Source: Candidatus Kapaibacterium sp.
GTDB taxonomy: Bacteria; Bacteroidota; Ignavibacteria; Kapaibacteriales; UBA2268
Assembly (NCBI GenBank): GCA_937927515.1
Contig: CALBDO010000001.1
Span: 21,773-85,772, forward strand
DNA length: 64,000 nucleotides
Reading direction: 5' to 3'
Shown here: positions 62,093 to 64,000 of the stretch, in pieces
Numbering within the stretch: position 1 is the first letter of the stretch
Layout of the letters: each line of letters starts with the position of its first letter
Translations under genes and position numbers: made by a program
The notes under the pieces: generated by a model
Database searches by the model: none
What the model saw: the letters and a program-made list of their open reading frames with translations, nothing else
Told to the model about the DNA's origin: nothing

Positions 62093-63508
62093 ATGAATGT
62101 GGCTTTCGACCTGAGACAAAAAAAGGTGTTGCTTCTTTTATCAATTGCCTCGCTTGTATTGCTACCTATACTAAACTTCACCATCGACAAGGGATATGCA
62201 ATATATCTCCTAATTTTCGTTATTATTTTACCTATTATCTACATTTTTATCAAAATTCCCAAAACTTGGATTTATACTGTCGTTTTGTCTTTCTCCATAT
62301 TTCTTATCTATAGAGGAGATGACGATAAAGTTGCTTTTCTTGAAATTGCTATTGCAATACTCATTTATCCTGGTTTACTTTTATATTTTTTAAACAAAAT
62401 TCTTTTAGATAGAAAGCAACTATTCCAAAACCTGGGTGATTTATTTCTTATTCTTTTCTTTGTTTTTCTACCTTTGAATGCTATAATTGCGTATCTGAAC
62501 GATGTAGACTTATACCGTTGGCTCCGCGAAATTGCTATACCATCATTAATTTTGTTGTATTTCCCAATAAGGGAATACATTAAAACAGATAAAGACATAA
62601 CTATACTATTATTTTGTGCTCTTGTTGCAGCAATATCTTCTATAATTTACTTAGTTTATCACTACAAAGAAACTATACTAACAACTGCAAATTATGCTTA
62701 CGAACTTGTTTTTGGATTAGGAGCAAAAATAAAAATCAACCATACTATATTTACTGGTGCATACTTTGTATCAATCATTCTTTTCGTAACAAGAAAAAAC
62801 TTAGTCCTAAGAATTATTTTGTTCTTTACTTCCTTTGCCTCCCTTGTAGCATTAATTATAACCGTAAGCCGTACATTTTGGATAGTTACAATAATAGGTA
62901 CAATAATTCTTTTTATATACTATGGTTGGGAAGAACGACTAAAATTCCTCTTCTTCTATTTAGTGATTATAGTTGCCACTCTTAGTTTCATCATTTATAC
63001 TTTTGGAGATAATTACAAAATTGTTACCCGTTTAATCGAATATCGTTTTCTTACAAGTGCTCAAGGTAAAAAAGATAAATCTGTATTGGGAAGACTTGCA
63101 GAGTATCCTATCGTTCTAAAAGGTATCGTTGAAAACCCACTATGGGGTAATGGCTTCGCAAAAAAAATTCGTTTTCGGGACCCTATTTTTGTTCGCACAA
63201 CTACGAGCCATAATATACACAATGGTTTTACATCATTGTTATATAGAGTAGGCATCCCAATGAGTCTTCTTTACATAAGTTTTTTCATTTTTTACTTTCT
63301 CCGAGCAAGTAAGCTCATTTTAATATCAAAAGGGAATTACTTCCAACCTTATGTTCTCTCTGGTTTTATAATTCTCATTATTCTTTTTATTTCGCAATTT
63401 ACTAATCAACAGTTTCTATTTAGAGACTTCAATTTCGGTGCGTTTATCTCAATTGCAATGATTGAGTTTGTTTATCGTAAATATAAAAGTGGTGAAATAT
63501 CAAATTAG
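62093..63508 (+). CDS. O-antigen ligase (WaaL/Wzy_C) family membrane protein
   Basis: About 12 TM helices, TVSRT, S...R, NPLWGNG, HNG...LL...G. Confidence 0.82.
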   Translation: MNVAFDLRQKKVLLLLSIASLVLLPILNFTIDKGYAIYLLIFVIILPIIYIFIKIPKTWIYTVVLSFSIFLIYRGDDDKVAFLEIAIAILIYPGLLLYFLNKILLDRKQLFQNLGDLFLILFFVFLPLNAIIAYLNDVDLYRWLREIAIPSLILLYFPIREYIKTDKDITILLFCALVAAISSIIYLVYHYKETILTTANYAYELVFGLGAKIKINHTIFTGAYFVSIILFVTRKNLVLRIILFFTSFASLVALIITVSRTFWIVTIIGTIILFIYYGWEERLKFLFFYLVIIVATLSFIIYTFGDNYKIVTRLIEYRFLTSAQGKKDKSVLGRLAEYPIVLKGIVENPLWGNGFAKKIRFRDPIFVRTTTSHNIHNGFTSLLYRVGIPMSLLYISFFIFYFLRASKLILISKGNYFQPYVLSGFIILIILFISQFTNQQFLFRDFNFGAFISIAMIEFVYRKYKSGEISN

Positions 63509-63510
63509 TT

Positions 63511-64000
63511 ATGGATTATCTCTACCTCGGAACAATTGTTGGACTAAAAGGCTTAGATGGGACACTAAAAGTAGACAGTGGCGATTCCCTGTATATCAAT
63601 CCCGGAGCCAAAGTTAAAATCGGATACTCATTAAAATTCTCCCAAGAATTTACAGTTGCTGAGTATAAAGAAACCTTGTCGAAATATAATTATCTAAAAT
63701 TATTAGAAGCAAATAATATCGAAAAAGCAAAAAAACTAATTGAAAAAGGAATATTCGCGAGAGAGTGCGATGTCTTACAAGACAGTCCCGAGGATAAATT
63801 TGAAAGTACAATCAATTATAAAGTTGTAGACATTTATACTGGTAAGGTTATTGGCAAAGCAATAGATATAATACCAAATCCTGGGAACAATTTGCTGGTT
63901 ATTGCATCTAAAAACGGCGAATTTTTCATCCCTTTCGTTGATGTTTTCATAAAAGAAATTGAACATTCTTCTAAAACAATTTATATTGAACAAATAGATG
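63511..64000 (+). CDS. rimM: Ribosome maturation factor RimM (runs off window end)
   Basis: Absent from the ORF track; translated by hand: MDYLYLGTIVGLKGLDGTLKV...VVDIYTGKVIGKAIDIIPNPGNNLLVI...FFIPFVDVFIKEI. Confidence 0.88.
   Translation, partial: MDYLYLGTIVGLKGLDGTLKVDSGDSLYINPGAKVKIGYSLKFSQEFTVAEYKETLSKYNYLKLLEANNIEKAKKLIEKGIFARECDVLQDSPEDKFESTINYKVVDIYTGKVIGKAIDIIPNPGNNLLVIASKNGEFFIPFVDVFIKEIEHSSKTIYIEQID

Noticed and set aside
879-63255. Numerous 60-126 aa ORFs nested in or antisense to long genes
   Set aside because: They lie inside well-supported CDSs and show no recognisable motifs; this is expected noise.
63775-63993. 72-aa ORF (-)
   Set aside because: It is an antisense shadow of rimM.
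1-64000. tRNA, rRNA, known riboswitches, IS elements, prophage, pseudogenes
   Set aside because: Intergenic regions are short and AT-rich with no recognisable consensus; no transposase or phage genes; the long ORFs look intact. An Rfam/tRNAscan run would be needed to exclude RNAs formally.

Overview
This is an AT-rich (roughly one-third GC by eye), very densely packed chromosomal window. It most likely comes from a member of the Bacteroidota superphylum, probably Ignavibacteria/Kapabacteria-like (inference). The supporting signs are a SusC/SusD pair, three proteins with T9SS-type C-terminal domains, Gln at +1 after several signal peptides, TAnnTTTG promoter boxes and an N-terminal-only GlmU. 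About 50 genes are present and most are housekeeping: rho (partial), purN, ppdK, mutS, ackA-pta, ppx, prmA, queG, lpxB, ppk1, waaA, uvrA, bamD, panD, mce, gpmA and rimM (partial). I saw no tRNA/rRNA, CRISPR array, prophage, IS element or obvious defence island. The best leads are: (1) a TldD/TldE-like metalloprotease pair in which both subunits carry signal peptides and flank a two-TM YGGWGIR membrane protein; (2) a three-gene operon of a 46% acidic microprotein, DUF432 and an archaeal-type MscS; (3) an unannotated 33-aa uORF with its own SD directly upstream of susC; (4) a peptidase-rich, CAZyme-free SusCD locus; (5) enrichment of D(S/T)[AILVMT] O-glycosylation sequons in exported proteins, alongside an orphan Wzz/WaaL-like pair; (6) a perfect 22-bp palindrome in the divergent ppdK/mutS promoter. 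All family calls come from motif recognition by eye; no database searches were run.
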